DNA from: an uncultured delta proteobacterium
Lineage (GTDB): Bacteria > Desulfobacterota > Deferrimicrobia > Deferrimicrobiales > Deferrimicrobiaceae
NCBI GenBank assembly: GCA_963811025.1
Contig: CAWEPX010000033.1
Coordinates: 144,583-208,582 of the forward strand
Reading direction: 5' to 3'
DNA: 64,000 bases
Below, one piece after another: positions 51,267 through 60,075 of the stretch. Below the pieces are notes generated by a model that worked only from the letters and a program-made list of their open reading frames with translations, did no database searches and was not told where the DNA came from. The position numbers and the translations under genes were made by a program. Positions within the stretch are counted from its first letter, which is position 1, and each line of letters opens with the position of its first letter.

Positions 51267-52453
51267 CAGGTGCTCCTTTCCGGGGAAGTGGTTTCGCCGA
51301 CGGGGAGCCCGAGGGCGGCCCTGACACGCGTGTGGACCACGTCTCCCCCGCGAGCGACGAGCGTCTCCCGGGTGATCTCGTCGGAAACGTCCTGCGCGAG
51401 CTTCCCCTCTTTCCCGACGTGCAGCAGAAACGCGGCGGCGTTTTTGGCGTACATCTGGCTGGCGTGGTACGGCACGGTCGAGGGCAGGTTCGCGGGCCCC
51501 AGGATCGTCACGCCGTGCACGGTGACGGTCTCGCCCGCGCGCGTCCCTTCGCAGTTTCCCCCCTGTTCGGCCGCGAGATCCACGATCACCGACCCGGGCC
51601 CCATGCCGGCCACCATTTCCTCCGTGATCAGCAAGGGGGCTTTCTTTCCGGGGACCTGGGCCGTGGTGATTACCACGTCGCTCGCGGCAACGACACGGGT
51701 CATCGTTTCCCTCTGCCTGCGGTAGAACTCCTCGTCCTGCTCTCTGGCGTATCCGCCCTCTCCCTCGGCGCCATCCGCGGGAAGCGGGAGTTCCACGAAC
51801 TTCGCTCCCAGGCTTTCCACCTGCTCCTTCACTGCGGCGCGAACGTCGTATGCTTCCACGACGGCCCCCAGCCGCCTCGCCGTGGCGATCGCGGTGAGCC
51901 CCGCCACGCCCGCCCCGACCACGAAAATGCGGGCGGGGGAGACGGTCCCCGCGGCCGTCATGAGAAGCGGGAACATCCGGGGCAGTTCCGCTGCCGCGAG
52001 CAGAACCGCCTTGTACCCGGCCACGGTGGACATCGACGAGAGGACGTCCATCGACTGCGCCCGGGTGATCCGCGGCAGGAGCTCCAGGGAGAACAGGGTT
52101 ACACCGAGGCGGGCCGCCTCCCGGATCGATTCCGGGGCCCCGAGAGGATTGCAGAGGCCGATCACGCCCTGGCCGGCGCGAAACAGATCGTTGTCGGCTT
52201 GGCTTGCCACGGGATTGGCGCCGAAGGCATGTACATGGAGAATGACATCCGCGCCGCCGAACAGATCGGCTCGCGAAGCCACGATTTTCGCTCCCTTTTC
52301 CCCATAGGCGGAGTCCGGGTACCCCGCGGGGGTCCCGGCGCCCGATTCCAGCAGGACCTGGATTCCCGTTTTGCCGAGCGAGGGGAGCACGCCCGGCACG
52401 AGGGCGACGCGCCGCTCTCCGGGGAACGTTTCTTTGGGAACACCCACGATCAA
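51266..52453 (-). CDS. pntAA: NAD(P) transhydrogenase subunit alpha part 1 (soluble NAD(H)-binding)
   Basis: 'MIVGVPKETFPGERRVALVP...FVVGAGVAGLTAIATARRLGAVVEAYDVR'. Confidence 0.85.
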   Translation of the reverse strand: MIVGVPKETFPGERRVALVPGVLPSLGKTGIQVLLESGAGTPAGYPDSAYGEKGAKIVASRADLFGGADVILHVHAFGANPVASQADNDLFRAGQGVIGLCNPLGAPESIREAARLGVTLFSLELLPRITRAQSMDVLSSMSTVAGYKAVLLAAAELPRMFPLLMTAAGTVSPARIFVVGAGVAGLTAIATARRLGAVVEAYDVRAAVKEQVESLGAKFVELPLPADGAEGEGGYAREQDEEFYRRQRETMTRVVAASDVVITTAQVPGKKAPLLITEEMVAGMGPGSVIVDLAAEQGGNCEGTRAGETVTVHGVTILGPANLPSTVPYHASQMYAKNAAAFLLHVGKEGKLAQDVSDEITRETLVARGGDVVHTRVRAALGLPVGETTSPERST

Positions 52454-52645
52454 GGAAACACCATCCCGGTCAAGAAATTGCCCTTGCGAGGGGCTTTGTG
52501 GCCGTATTCCGCGCGACTATACCGTATGATGCAGAAAAGCGGGAAAAAGGGTTCCCCGGGGGGCGATTTTCCCGGATAATCTAATATTTGCCGGTAAGGA
52601 GCACCTTGTGGCGAGTTGCCGGGAGAAGGGGGAGGATGAAGGGGG

Positions 52646-53368
52646 ATGCGCGCAGGCGGGAGAAAAGCGGGGGATCTCCGGAAGATCCGCGTCACGGCGG
52701 GCCTGCAGAAGCACGCCGAGGGGTCGGTGCTCTACGAATTGGGAGAGACGAAGGTGGTTTGCGCCGCGTCGGTCGAAGACCGCATCCCGCCGTTCCTCCG
52801 GGGAACGGGTAAGGGCTGGGTGACCGCCGAGTACGCGATGCTGCCGCGGGCGACGAACACGAGGACCCAGCGGGAAGGGCGTGCCGGGAAAGTCCAGGGT
52901 CGAACGCAGGAGATCCAGCGGCTGATCGGCAGGTCGCTTCGCGCCGTTGTGGACCAGGGTGCCCTGGGCGAGCGAACGATCACCATCGATTGCGACGTTC
53001 TCCAGGCGGACGGCGGAACCCGCACCGCGTCGATCAACGGGGCCTGGATCGCCCTGTGGCAGGCATGCTCCCGGCTGGTCGACAGCGGGGCAATCCCGGG
53101 AAATCCCGTCCGGGAACCGGTGGCGGCGGTCAGCGTGGGGTTGATCGGGAGCCGTACCCTGGTCGACCTCGACTACGCGGAAGACTCGAATGCCCAGGTC
53201 GACATGAACATCGTCATGACCGGGAGCGGGAATCTGATCGAGATCCAGGGGACGGCCGAGGGGGCGCCGTTCACGCGGGAGCAGCTGGACCGGATGCTCG
53301 AGGCGGCGGTGCGTGCGGGAAAACGGATCCTTCAGATCCAGAAGAAGTGGAAGGGGGGCGGCCGTTGA
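52646..53368 (+). CDS. rph: Ribonuclease PH
   Basis: '[42 protein letters not shown]...[23 protein letters not shown]' matches the E. coli Rph pattern. Confidence 0.9.
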   Translation: MRAGGRKAGDLRKIRVTAGLQKHAEGSVLYELGETKVVCAASVEDRIPPFLRGTGKGWVTAEYAMLPRATNTRTQREGRAGKVQGRTQEIQRLIGRSLRAVVDQGALGERTITIDCDVLQADGGTRTASINGAWIALWQACSRLVDSGAIPGNPVREPVAAVSVGLIGSRTLVDLDYAEDSNAQVDMNIVMTGSGNLIEIQGTAEGAPFTREQLDRMLEAAVRAGKRILQIQKKWKGGGR

Positions 53369-53970
53369 AGCTGTTGATCGCTACCCGGAACCGCGGGAAG
53401 GCAACGGAGATCCGGGCGTTGCTCGGGTTGGGGCTGCAGAAAAACGTCGAGGTCCTGACGTTGCCCGACCTGCCGACCGGAAGGGATCCGCGCGAGATAG
53501 GGAAGACCTTCGCGGAGAACGCGAAGATCAAGGCGTTCCATTACGCGAAAGAGCACAATCTCCTGTGCATCGCGGACGATTCCGGCCTCGCGGTGGAGGC
53601 ATTGGGCGGCCGGCCGGGCGTACGGTCGGCCCGCTACGCAGGCGAAGAAGCGACCGACGAGAAGAACATCGCGTTGCTTCTCGAAGAGCTGAATCCCCGT
53701 CCCAAGCCATGGAACGCCGCGTTTCTCTGCGTGGCCGCGGCCGCTCTCCCCGGCCGGATGATCGCCGAGGCGACCGGCCGGGTGGACGGGGAAATCGTAT
53801 CCGTCCCGCGCGGGGACAACGGCTTCGGGTACGACCCGGTCTTCCGGGTCAAGGGCTCCTCGAAGACGATGGCGGAGCACACCACCGAGGAGAAGAACAG
53901 GATCAGCCACCGGGGGCTGGCGGTGCGGCGCATCATCGAGGAGCTGAAGAAAAGCGGGGTGTTCGGGTAG
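53366..53970 (+). CDS. rdgB: Non-canonical purine NTP pyrophosphatase (RdgB/HAM1)
   Basis: The TTG start overlaps the rph stop. '[20 protein letters not shown]...FGYDPVF...KTMAEHTTEEKNRISHRGLA'. Confidence 0.8.
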
Positions 53971-53986
53971 GGTATATTTACCGAGT

Positions 53987-54063
53987 CGGGACGTAGCGCA
54001 GTCTGGTAGCGCACTTGCCTTGGGAGCAAGGGGTCGCCGGTTCAAGTCCGGCCGTCCCGACCA
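53987..54063 (+). tRNA. tRNA-Pro (anticodon UGG)
   Basis: Acceptor stem CGGGACG/CGUCCCG. D-arm GCGC-AGUCUGGUA-GCGC. Anticodon stem CUUGC/GCAAG with loop CUUGGGA. T-arm GCCGG-UUCAAGU-CCGGC. Discriminator A plus CCA encoded. Confidence 0.85.
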
Positions 54064-54247
54064 ATTTTTTCAATTAGTTACAAATTTCACCTTCCTGGAT
54101 GAACATTCATTTGTGACTGATTTGAGACGTTCCGGTGTGAAGTTGCCCCTCTTTCGGCCGGACACGCATCGTTTGTGAACGCCTTGGTCCTATTCATCCG
54201 AAAGATTTTTCGTGTGATCACCTGATAGGGGTGATATCATCACCCCT

Positions 54248-54532
54248 ATGAAGGCTACCTTGATCCGCCATTCCCGATTACGTTTCGCTGACGGGGGAAT
54301 GATCGAGGTGAAGCTATGGAAGGTTCCACAATCGGCGTACGCGCCTCACGGCTACAAGTATTCCCTGGTTTATATCGAGGGGAGGAAACGGGTCATAGGC
54401 TATGACAACGGTGAGCGGCGCGGTGACCATCGGCACTATGCCGACACAGAGGATTCCTACGCATTTACATCCATCGATAATCTGATCCGGGATTTTCTGC
54501 GAGACGTCTCGAAGTGGAGGGCGAAGAAATGA
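54248..54532 (+). CDS. Small toxin-like protein (DUF6516/TumE-like family; name recalled from memory)
   Basis: 'GYKYSLVYIEGRKRVIGYDNGERRGDHRHYADTEDSYAFTSIDNLIRDFLRDV'. A 4-nt ATGA overlap links it to a downstream HTH gene. Confidence 0.5.
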   Translation: MKATLIRHSRLRFADGGMIEVKLWKVPQSAYAPHGYKYSLVYIEGRKRVIGYDNGERRGDHRHYADTEDSYAFTSIDNLIRDFLRDVSKWRAKK

Positions 54533-54903
54533 AGATCAAGAAACTGAACATCGGGATCCGGAGCGTCGATCAGGTCATGGGCGATTTCGCGAAAGCGGCC
54601 AAAGCATTGGAGCGGGGAGAGCCGGTGTCGAAAAAGGAAGGTCTCTATTTCATCGATCTTCGTGCTTTCCGGCGGGCCCTCACCGACCAGCGACTTGCCA
54701 TCCTGCGTACGATCAAGGAACGCAATCCGGACTCGGTCTACGAGCTGGCCAAGATCATCCAAAGGGACGTCAAGAACGTTTCGGCCGATCTGTCTATCCT
54801 GGAAGAGTTGGGACTTGTCGAACTCAGAAAGACGAAAACAGTGCGGGGAAAGGTCAAGCCATCGGTCCCGTACGACTCGATCCATCTGGACATCGCGGTA
54901 TGA
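54529..54903 (+). CDS. HTH DNA-binding protein, putative antitoxin/regulator partner (HVO_A0114/TumA-like)
   Basis: Winged-helix-like segment 'QRLAILRTIKERNPDSVYELAKIIQRDVKNVSADLSILEELGLVEL'. Translationally coupled to the upstream small gene. Confidence 0.5.
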   Translation: MKIKKLNIGIRSVDQVMGDFAKAAKALERGEPVSKKEGLYFIDLRAFRRALTDQRLAILRTIKERNPDSVYELAKIIQRDVKNVSADLSILEELGLVELRKTKTVRGKVKPSVPYDSIHLDIAV

Positions 54904-55065
54904 CGGCTGGATGAGCGTTCATTCATCGTTTGTGACCGATTTGTGACCATCCGGTGCCTGGAATGCTTGGATGGGGTGGCCCGCGGGGAAGGTGTGGACA
55001 TCGCAACCCGCAGATTTTCCTAGGGTCGCATTTCTGCTTGTTTTTCAGAAAGTTAGGCTGCCCAA

Positions 55066-55110
55066 CTTGGGAGCAAGGGGTCGCCGGTTCAAGTCCGGCC
55101 GTCCCGACCA
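55066..55110 (+). repeat. 45-nt direct repeat of the tRNA-Pro 3' portion (anticodon loop to CCA); att-like
   Basis: cttgggagcaaggggtcgccggttcaagtccggccgtcccgacca is identical to 54019-54063. Confidence 0.8.
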
Positions 55111-55274
55111 GTTTTTTTTAAGGTACGTTGTTTTCGGGCATCTCTTCTTCTCGCTCTATTCGAGTCGTGTCAAGGGGGGCCGGTACCTGATCGACCATGC
55201 CCAATAGGCCGCCTCTTCTCCTGGTGGGATTCGGATTGACGTGTGTACGATGTTGGTCTATTATACCAACATGA

Positions 55275-55566
55275 ATGGCGAGCTCTTTTTTACACGAAAA
55301 GATTACGGACGAGCTGGGCAATACGGTAGAGATAAAGATTTGGCGGGTTCGGGTTTCGGAGCACACCCGCGCACGATTATAAATACTCTCTCGTATACGT
55401 CGGGGACGGGGAGCGGATCATAGGTTTCGACAACGCGGAGCGAAAAGGTGATCATCGGCATTTCTTGGGACGCGAAGAACCTTATCGTTTCCGAGGGCTG
55501 CCGCAACTCGTCCGGGATTTTCAGGGGGACGTTGCACGGTATACGGAGAAGCGACATGAAGGTTAA
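55275..55566 (+). pseudogene. Second copy of the DUF6516/TumE-like gene, frameshifted near 55350
   Basis: Frame b gives 'MASSFLHEKITDELGNTVEIKIWRVRVSEH'. The adjacent frame gives 'TPAHDYKYSLVYVGDGERIIGFDNAERKGDHRHFLGREEPYRF...'. Together these are homologous to 54248-54532. Confidence 0.45.
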
Positions 55567-55921
55567 GAAGGTCATGATCGGCATCAAGAGGGTCGAGGCG
55601 GGCCTGGGGGACTTTGTCCGCGCAGGGGAAGCGGTCGAGCGCGGCGAGAAGGTGAAGAAGGAATCCGGGATCTACATCACGAGCTTGGATGCGGTACGGA
55701 AGGTGCTGACCCCGCAACGGATGGCTCTCCTGCGCCTGATCCGGGAGGAGAAACCCGAATCGCTGCATGAACTGGCGAGGCTGGCGCGACGGAACATCAA
55801 GAACGTCTCCGACGACGTCCGGTATCTGGCCCAGGTTGACCTCATTGAACTCAGGGAATCGGACAAGAAGGTCTCGGCGCGGGTGAACTACGACACGATT
55901 CTCCTGGAAATTGCAGTGTGA
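55556..55921 (+). CDS. Second HTH partner protein (paralog of 54529-54903, ~45% identity)
   Basis: 'MKVKKVMIGIKRVEAGLGDFVRAGEAVERGEKV...QRMALLRLIREEKPESLHELARLARRNIKNVSDDVRYLAQVDLIEL'. Confidence 0.5.
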   Translation: MKVKKVMIGIKRVEAGLGDFVRAGEAVERGEKVKKESGIYITSLDAVRKVLTPQRMALLRLIREEKPESLHELARLARRNIKNVSDDVRYLAQVDLIELRESDKKVSARVNYDTILLEIAV

Positions 55922-55983
55922 CGTAGACCTCCGGCGGTGAATCCGCGAGGAAGTCGAGGAGGGAAGCAATCCGGTGACGACCT

Positions 55984-56886
55984 TTAGGCCTCTGTCTCGA
56001 ACGCGGGGGCGAACACGTTACGAGCGAATTCCTCCAGCGTGGTCCTGGTCGAGTTCTCCGGGCTTCGCTTTTGTGTCGGGACGATCGCGCCCGCGTTGAA
56101 TCCCCGCTCCATCTCGAGCATCGCATCCGCCGCGCTGGGCGACATGCCCATCCCGATCATCTCCCCGCGCGCATCCTCCTCGGGGAACTGGACGTATTGC
56201 AGGTCCGGTTTTCCGATCGCCTCGCCCAGGATCCTGGCGGCCTCGGTCATCGTCAGGTCCCGGGGCCCAAGCAGGTACCGGACCGCGTGTCCGGTCACGG
56301 ATTCCTCTCGCAGCCGCCGCGTGGCCTCCTCCGCGATATCCCGGGTGGCGATCATGGGAATCGGGACGTCGGAGCGGGTCGGGCTCCCGCTTATCCCGTT
56401 CGCCCGGATCACGGGTATGCTCCAGAGATGGTTCTCCATGAAGTAGCCCGGGCGCAGGATGACGACCGCGGCCCCCTGGAGTCCGCCGAGCTTTCCCTCC
56501 ATGTCGTGCAGGCCCAGGATCGGCCCCGTTCCCCGGGACAGGTGCGCCCCGACGGAGCTTAGGGCGACGACGCGCGGGACCCGGGCAGTTTGCAACGCGG
56601 AGGTCAGGCTGTCCGCGATCCGGTTCTGGTATCCCCGGTAGTCCGGGGCGTCGTATCCAGGGGGGATCAAGACGAAAGCGCCCCGGGTCCCTGCGAATGC
56701 CTTTGCGAGGAATTCGGCATCCCCCAGGTCGCCCGACCACGGGTCGGCGCCCTTCGTCTCCAGGGGACCAAGGCGGGTCCGATCGCGCCCGACGGCGCGA
56801 ACCGGTTCCCCGGCGGCAAGAAGCGTTTCGACTACACGGGAACCGATATTTCCCGTCGCCCCGCAGATCACGATCGGAGATTTCAT
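55984..56886 (-). CDS. NmrA-family NAD(P)-binding protein
   Basis: 'MKSPIVICGATGNIGSRVVETLLAAGEPVRAVGRD' is a Rossmann fold with an NmrA-like tail. Confidence 0.75.
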   Translation of the reverse strand: MKSPIVICGATGNIGSRVVETLLAAGEPVRAVGRDRTRLGPLETKGADPWSGDLGDAEFLAKAFAGTRGAFVLIPPGYDAPDYRGYQNRIADSLTSALQTARVPRVVALSSVGAHLSRGTGPILGLHDMEGKLGGLQGAAVVILRPGYFMENHLWSIPVIRANGISGSPTRSDVPIPMIATRDIAEEATRRLREESVTGHAVRYLLGPRDLTMTEAARILGEAIGKPDLQYVQFPEEDARGEMIGMGMSPSAADAMLEMERGFNAGAIVPTQKRSPENSTRTTLEEFARNVFAPAFETEA

Positions 56887-56958
56887 TTACCCCTCCTCGC
56901 CCCGAGCGACGAAATCGCAATCGACCCCAACGTCCCTGCACGCCAATATTTTCGCCAT
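56887..56958 (-). pseudogene. 23-codon remnant resembling the N-terminus of a DUF1059 metal-binding protein
   Basis: 'MAKILACRDVGVDCDFVARGEEG*' matches the DUF1059 start motif (MAKxLxCxDxGxDCxF). It is truncated by a stop immediately followed by the NmrA ATG. Confidence 0.3.
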
Positions 56959-57230
56959 GAGGAACCTCCTTCCGTTCCGTGGTCTGAGGTGATACCGTTT
57001 CGATGTCCATCGGCAGAGGCGGGTTTCCATGAAGCGGAAACGCTTTTTCCGCCGGGTCGGTTCCGGCCGGGGCGCGCCGGTTTCCGCGTCCCCGGCGGCG
57101 GACGCCCGCCCCTCCGGGTGTGGATTTCGACGCATTCCCTGTGGTATAGTCCCCCGGATGCATCCTCGCGGAGCGTCCCGCGGGAGGAGGGCTTCTTGAA
57201 CCAGGACGCCATCGGTACCGCCGCCATCGG

Positions 57231-58685
57231 ATGAAACGAAAAATCATCATCGGTCTGGCAGTCTACTCGGTCGTATTCCTTTCCGCCGGAGCGTACATCG
57301 CCGTCACCATCCACTCCGCCACGGTGGGCCTGGGCCGGTTGATCGAACTCCACCAGGTCGAGATCCTGAGAGAGCACTACCTGAGCCAGATCAAGGGTGT
57401 GCAAGCGGACCTCGCGCTCGCCGACATGAACGGATCCGGGCCACGCGATACCGTCGTGGCGAAGATCGCCAATATGGGTTTTCTCATCGATACCTGCTTC
57501 CGGTGCCACCATTCCTCGCAGGGAACGGAACGGCTCAAGGGGTTGAGGAGGCAGACGCAGAAGTACATATTCGCTCTGGGCCGCGTCTCGGATTCCGGTC
57601 TCAGCCTCCCCGCGTCCACCGCCGAGAGGGAGTCTGCAATGGCGATCGGCGTGGAACTGATCCAGGAGGTCCGGGAGATGATCGACGAAACCGCCCAGGG
57701 TCTCGAGAAAACCACAAGAAAGGCAATGGTCGAGATTGCGCACACGAGGTACCTCCTCTACGGGCTCCTGGTGCTTGCTCCCCTGGTGTCGGCGCTGCTC
57801 GGGTTCGTCTTCATCTCGGACCTGACCCGTCCCGTCAACGTCCTTCTGGAATCCACCCGGAAGCTCCAGGGGGGGGACCTGGACCACCGGGTTACGGGGC
57901 TGCGGGACGAATTCGGCGACCTCGCGGCCTCCTTCAACGATATGGCGGCCTCCCTCAAGGAGCAGATGCAGAAGACCCAGCGCGCCGAGCAGATGGCGGT
58001 CTTCGGGGAGCTGGCGGCGGGCCTGGCGCACGAGATCAAGAACCCCCTCGCGGGGATCAAGGCGGCGATGCAGGTCCTCTACGAGGAGGCCGAGCTGTCG
58101 GAGGAGGACCGCGGAGTTGCGAGAAGGGTCACCCAGGAGGTCGGACGCCTCGAGACCCTGATGAAGAACTTCCTGAATTTCGCAAAGCCGGCGAAGCCGC
58201 GCCTGACGGAGATGAACGTCAACCGGCTGATCGAGGCGGTCCTGGCCTTCTACGGGAGGTCCGACACGATCCATCCGGACCGCAAGGACGAGATCCGCAT
58301 CACGAAAGTCCTCGGGCTCGTCCCGGAGACGATGGCCGACCCGATGCAGATGCAGCAGATCCTGTTGAACATCGTCCTGAACGCCGTCGATTCCATGCCG
58401 GACGGCGGCACGCTGGACATCCGGACCTCCTTCGACAAGAGGGACGGGCTCATCCGCATCGAGGTCTCGGACACGGGAAGGGGAGTGAGCAAGGAGCACG
58501 CGAACAAGATCTTCCATCCGTTTTTCACGACGAAGCCGAAGGGGACAGGGCTGGGTCTGGCCATTTCCCGGCAACTGATCGAGCAGCATGGAGGATCCGT
58601 CACGGTCACCCCCAATTCTCCCCGCGGATCCGTATTCCGGATCCATCTCCCCTTGAAGGCCCCGCCGGCTGTGGAGACGACATGA
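57231..58685 (+). CDS. Sensor histidine kinase (two TM, periplasmic domain with CFRCHH motif, HAMP, HisKA, HATPase_c)
   Basis: HisKA 'AAGLAHEIKNPLAGIKAAMQVL'. HATPase 'GTGLGLAISRQLIEQHGGSVTV'. Partner of the downstream NtrC-type regulator. Confidence 0.8.
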   Translation: MKRKIIIGLAVYSVVFLSAGAYIAVTIHSATVGLGRLIELHQVEILREHYLSQIKGVQADLALADMNGSGPRDTVVAKIANMGFLIDTCFRCHHSSQGTERLKGLRRQTQKYIFALGRVSDSGLSLPASTAERESAMAIGVELIQEVREMIDETAQGLEKTTRKAMVEIAHTRYLLYGLLVLAPLVSALLGFVFISDLTRPVNVLLESTRKLQGGDLDHRVTGLRDEFGDLAASFNDMAASLKEQMQKTQRAEQMAVFGELAAGLAHEIKNPLAGIKAAMQVLYEEAELSEEDRGVARRVTQEVGRLETLMKNFLNFAKPAKPRLTEMNVNRLIEAVLAFYGRSDTIHPDRKDEIRITKVLGLVPETMADPMQMQQILLNIVLNAVDSMPDGGTLDIRTSFDKRDGLIRIEVSDTGRGVSKEHANKIFHPFFTTKPKGTGLGLAISRQLIEQHGGSVTVTPNSPRGSVFRIHLPLKAPPAVETT

Positions 58686-60073
58686 AGGCGAAGGGACGGA
58701 TCTTCCTGCTCGACGACGACGACCTGATCCTCTCCATGCTCGCGAGAGCCCTGAAGGGAGAGGGGTACGAAGTCCAGGCGGAGACGAAATCGGAGGAGAT
58801 CCTCGACAAGATCCGGTCGTTCGCCCCCGACGTCGTCCTCCTGGACATCAAGCTGCCCGGAAGGAACGGAATGGAGATCCTCGAGGAGCTCGTGGAGCAA
58901 AGGGTCGGCGGCCAGGTCGTGATGCTGACGTCGGACGACAGCGCGGAGACCGCCGTGAAGGCGATGAAGATGGGGGCGGTGGACTACCTCACCAAGCCGT
59001 TCGACATGGACGAGGTGAAGATCGTCCTCGCCTCGGTCCTGGAGAAAGGGAGCCTGAAGCAGGAGGTCGAGTACCTGCGGAAGATCAGCTCGCCCCTGAC
59101 CAGCCAGGAGATCATCGGGAGCTCGGACGTCATCCGCCTGGTCAAGGAGAAGGCCGAGAAGCTGGCGAGCGCCGGCGTTCCCATGGTGCTGATCACCGGG
59201 GAGAACGGGACCGGAAAGGAGGTCTTCGCGAGATACATCCACAACCGGATGGGCGGCGGGAACGCCGCAGGGTACCTGCCGTTCATCGGCATCAACTGCT
59301 GCGCGCTGCCCGAGCCCCTGATCGAAAGCGAGCTCTTCGGCCACGACAAGGGATCCTTTACCGACGCCAAGTCCGAGAAGAAGGGGATCTTCGAGCTCGC
59401 CTCGGGCGGGGGCATCCTCCTGGACGAGATCGGGGAGATGAAGTGGGACCTCCAGGCCAAGCTCCTGCGGGTGCTGGAAGAGCGGAAGGTCCGGCGCGTG
59501 GGGGGAAGGCACGACATTCCCATCGACGCAACGGTGTTCGCGACCACCAACCGGAACCTCGATAGGGCGGTGAAGGACGGAGAGTTCCGGATCGACCTCT
59601 ACTTTCGGCTGAACATCTTTTCCCTCCATATCCCCCCCCTCCGGGAGCGGCGGGAGGATATCATGGATCTCGCCCAGCATTACCTGGAGCAGTTCTGCGG
59701 GAAATACAACCGGCCCGTGATCCCCCGCATCCGCCCCGAGGCGGAGAAGCTCCTCCTTTCCTACAGCTGGCCGGGAAACGTGCGGGAGCTTCGAAACGTC
59801 ATCGAGCGGATCGTCGTGCTGGAAAGCGGACAGGCGGTCCTTCCCGACCACCTTCCGAAGGAGATCCTCTTCTCGAAGGAGCAGGGAAGCGCGTCCCCTT
59901 CCTCCGCGGGATTCACGCTCCCGGACGCGGGCCTTTCCCTCGACGGGGTGGAAAAGGACCTCATCCTCCAGGCGCTCGAGAGGTCCGGGAGAAACAAGTC
60001 CCAGGCGGCGAAGCTCCTCGGGATCACGTACGACTCCCTCCGGTACCAGATCAAGAAGTTCGGGCTGGAATAG
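58682..60073 (+). CDS. Sigma-54-dependent response regulator (REC, AAA+, Fis-type HTH; NtrC family)
   Basis: REC 'RIFLLDDDDLILSML...VLLDIKLPGRNG'. 'GENGTGKEVFARYIH', 'GSFTDA', 'ESELFGH'. The ATG overlaps the HK stop. Confidence 0.9.
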   Translation: MKAKGRIFLLDDDDLILSMLARALKGEGYEVQAETKSEEILDKIRSFAPDVVLLDIKLPGRNGMEILEELVEQRVGGQVVMLTSDDSAETAVKAMKMGAVDYLTKPFDMDEVKIVLASVLEKGSLKQEVEYLRKISSPLTSQEIIGSSDVIRLVKEKAEKLASAGVPMVLITGENGTGKEVFARYIHNRMGGGNAAGYLPFIGINCCALPEPLIESELFGHDKGSFTDAKSEKKGIFELASGGGILLDEIGEMKWDLQAKLLRVLEERKVRRVGGRHDIPIDATVFATTNRNLDRAVKDGEFRIDLYFRLNIFSLHIPPLRERREDIMDLAQHYLEQFCGKYNRPVIPRIRPEAEKLLLSYSWPGNVRELRNVIERIVVLESGQAVLPDHLPKEILFSKEQGSASPSSAGFTLPDAGLSLDGVEKDLILQALERSGRNKSQAAKLLGITYDSLRYQIKKFGLE

Positions 60074-60075
60074 CC

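Larger units (their letters stand above)
54064..55110 (+). mobile_element. Putative remnant islet integrated at tRNA-Pro, bounded by the tRNA 3' end and a 45-nt direct repeat of it; no integrase present
   Basis: Full tRNA at 53987-54063. An identical 45-nt copy of its 3' part is at 55066-55110. The interval carries only a small two-gene toxin-antitoxin-like module. Confidence 0.35.

Noticed and set aside
56018-57250. 410-aa minus-strand ORF and several overlapping + ORFs (56071-56562, 56590-57234)
   Set aside because: They overlap the NmrA gene and the intergenic region in alternative frames and have Arg/Pro/Gly-rich shadow composition.
58250-59851. 533-aa minus-strand ORF
   Set aside because: It is antisense to the NtrC-type response regulator.
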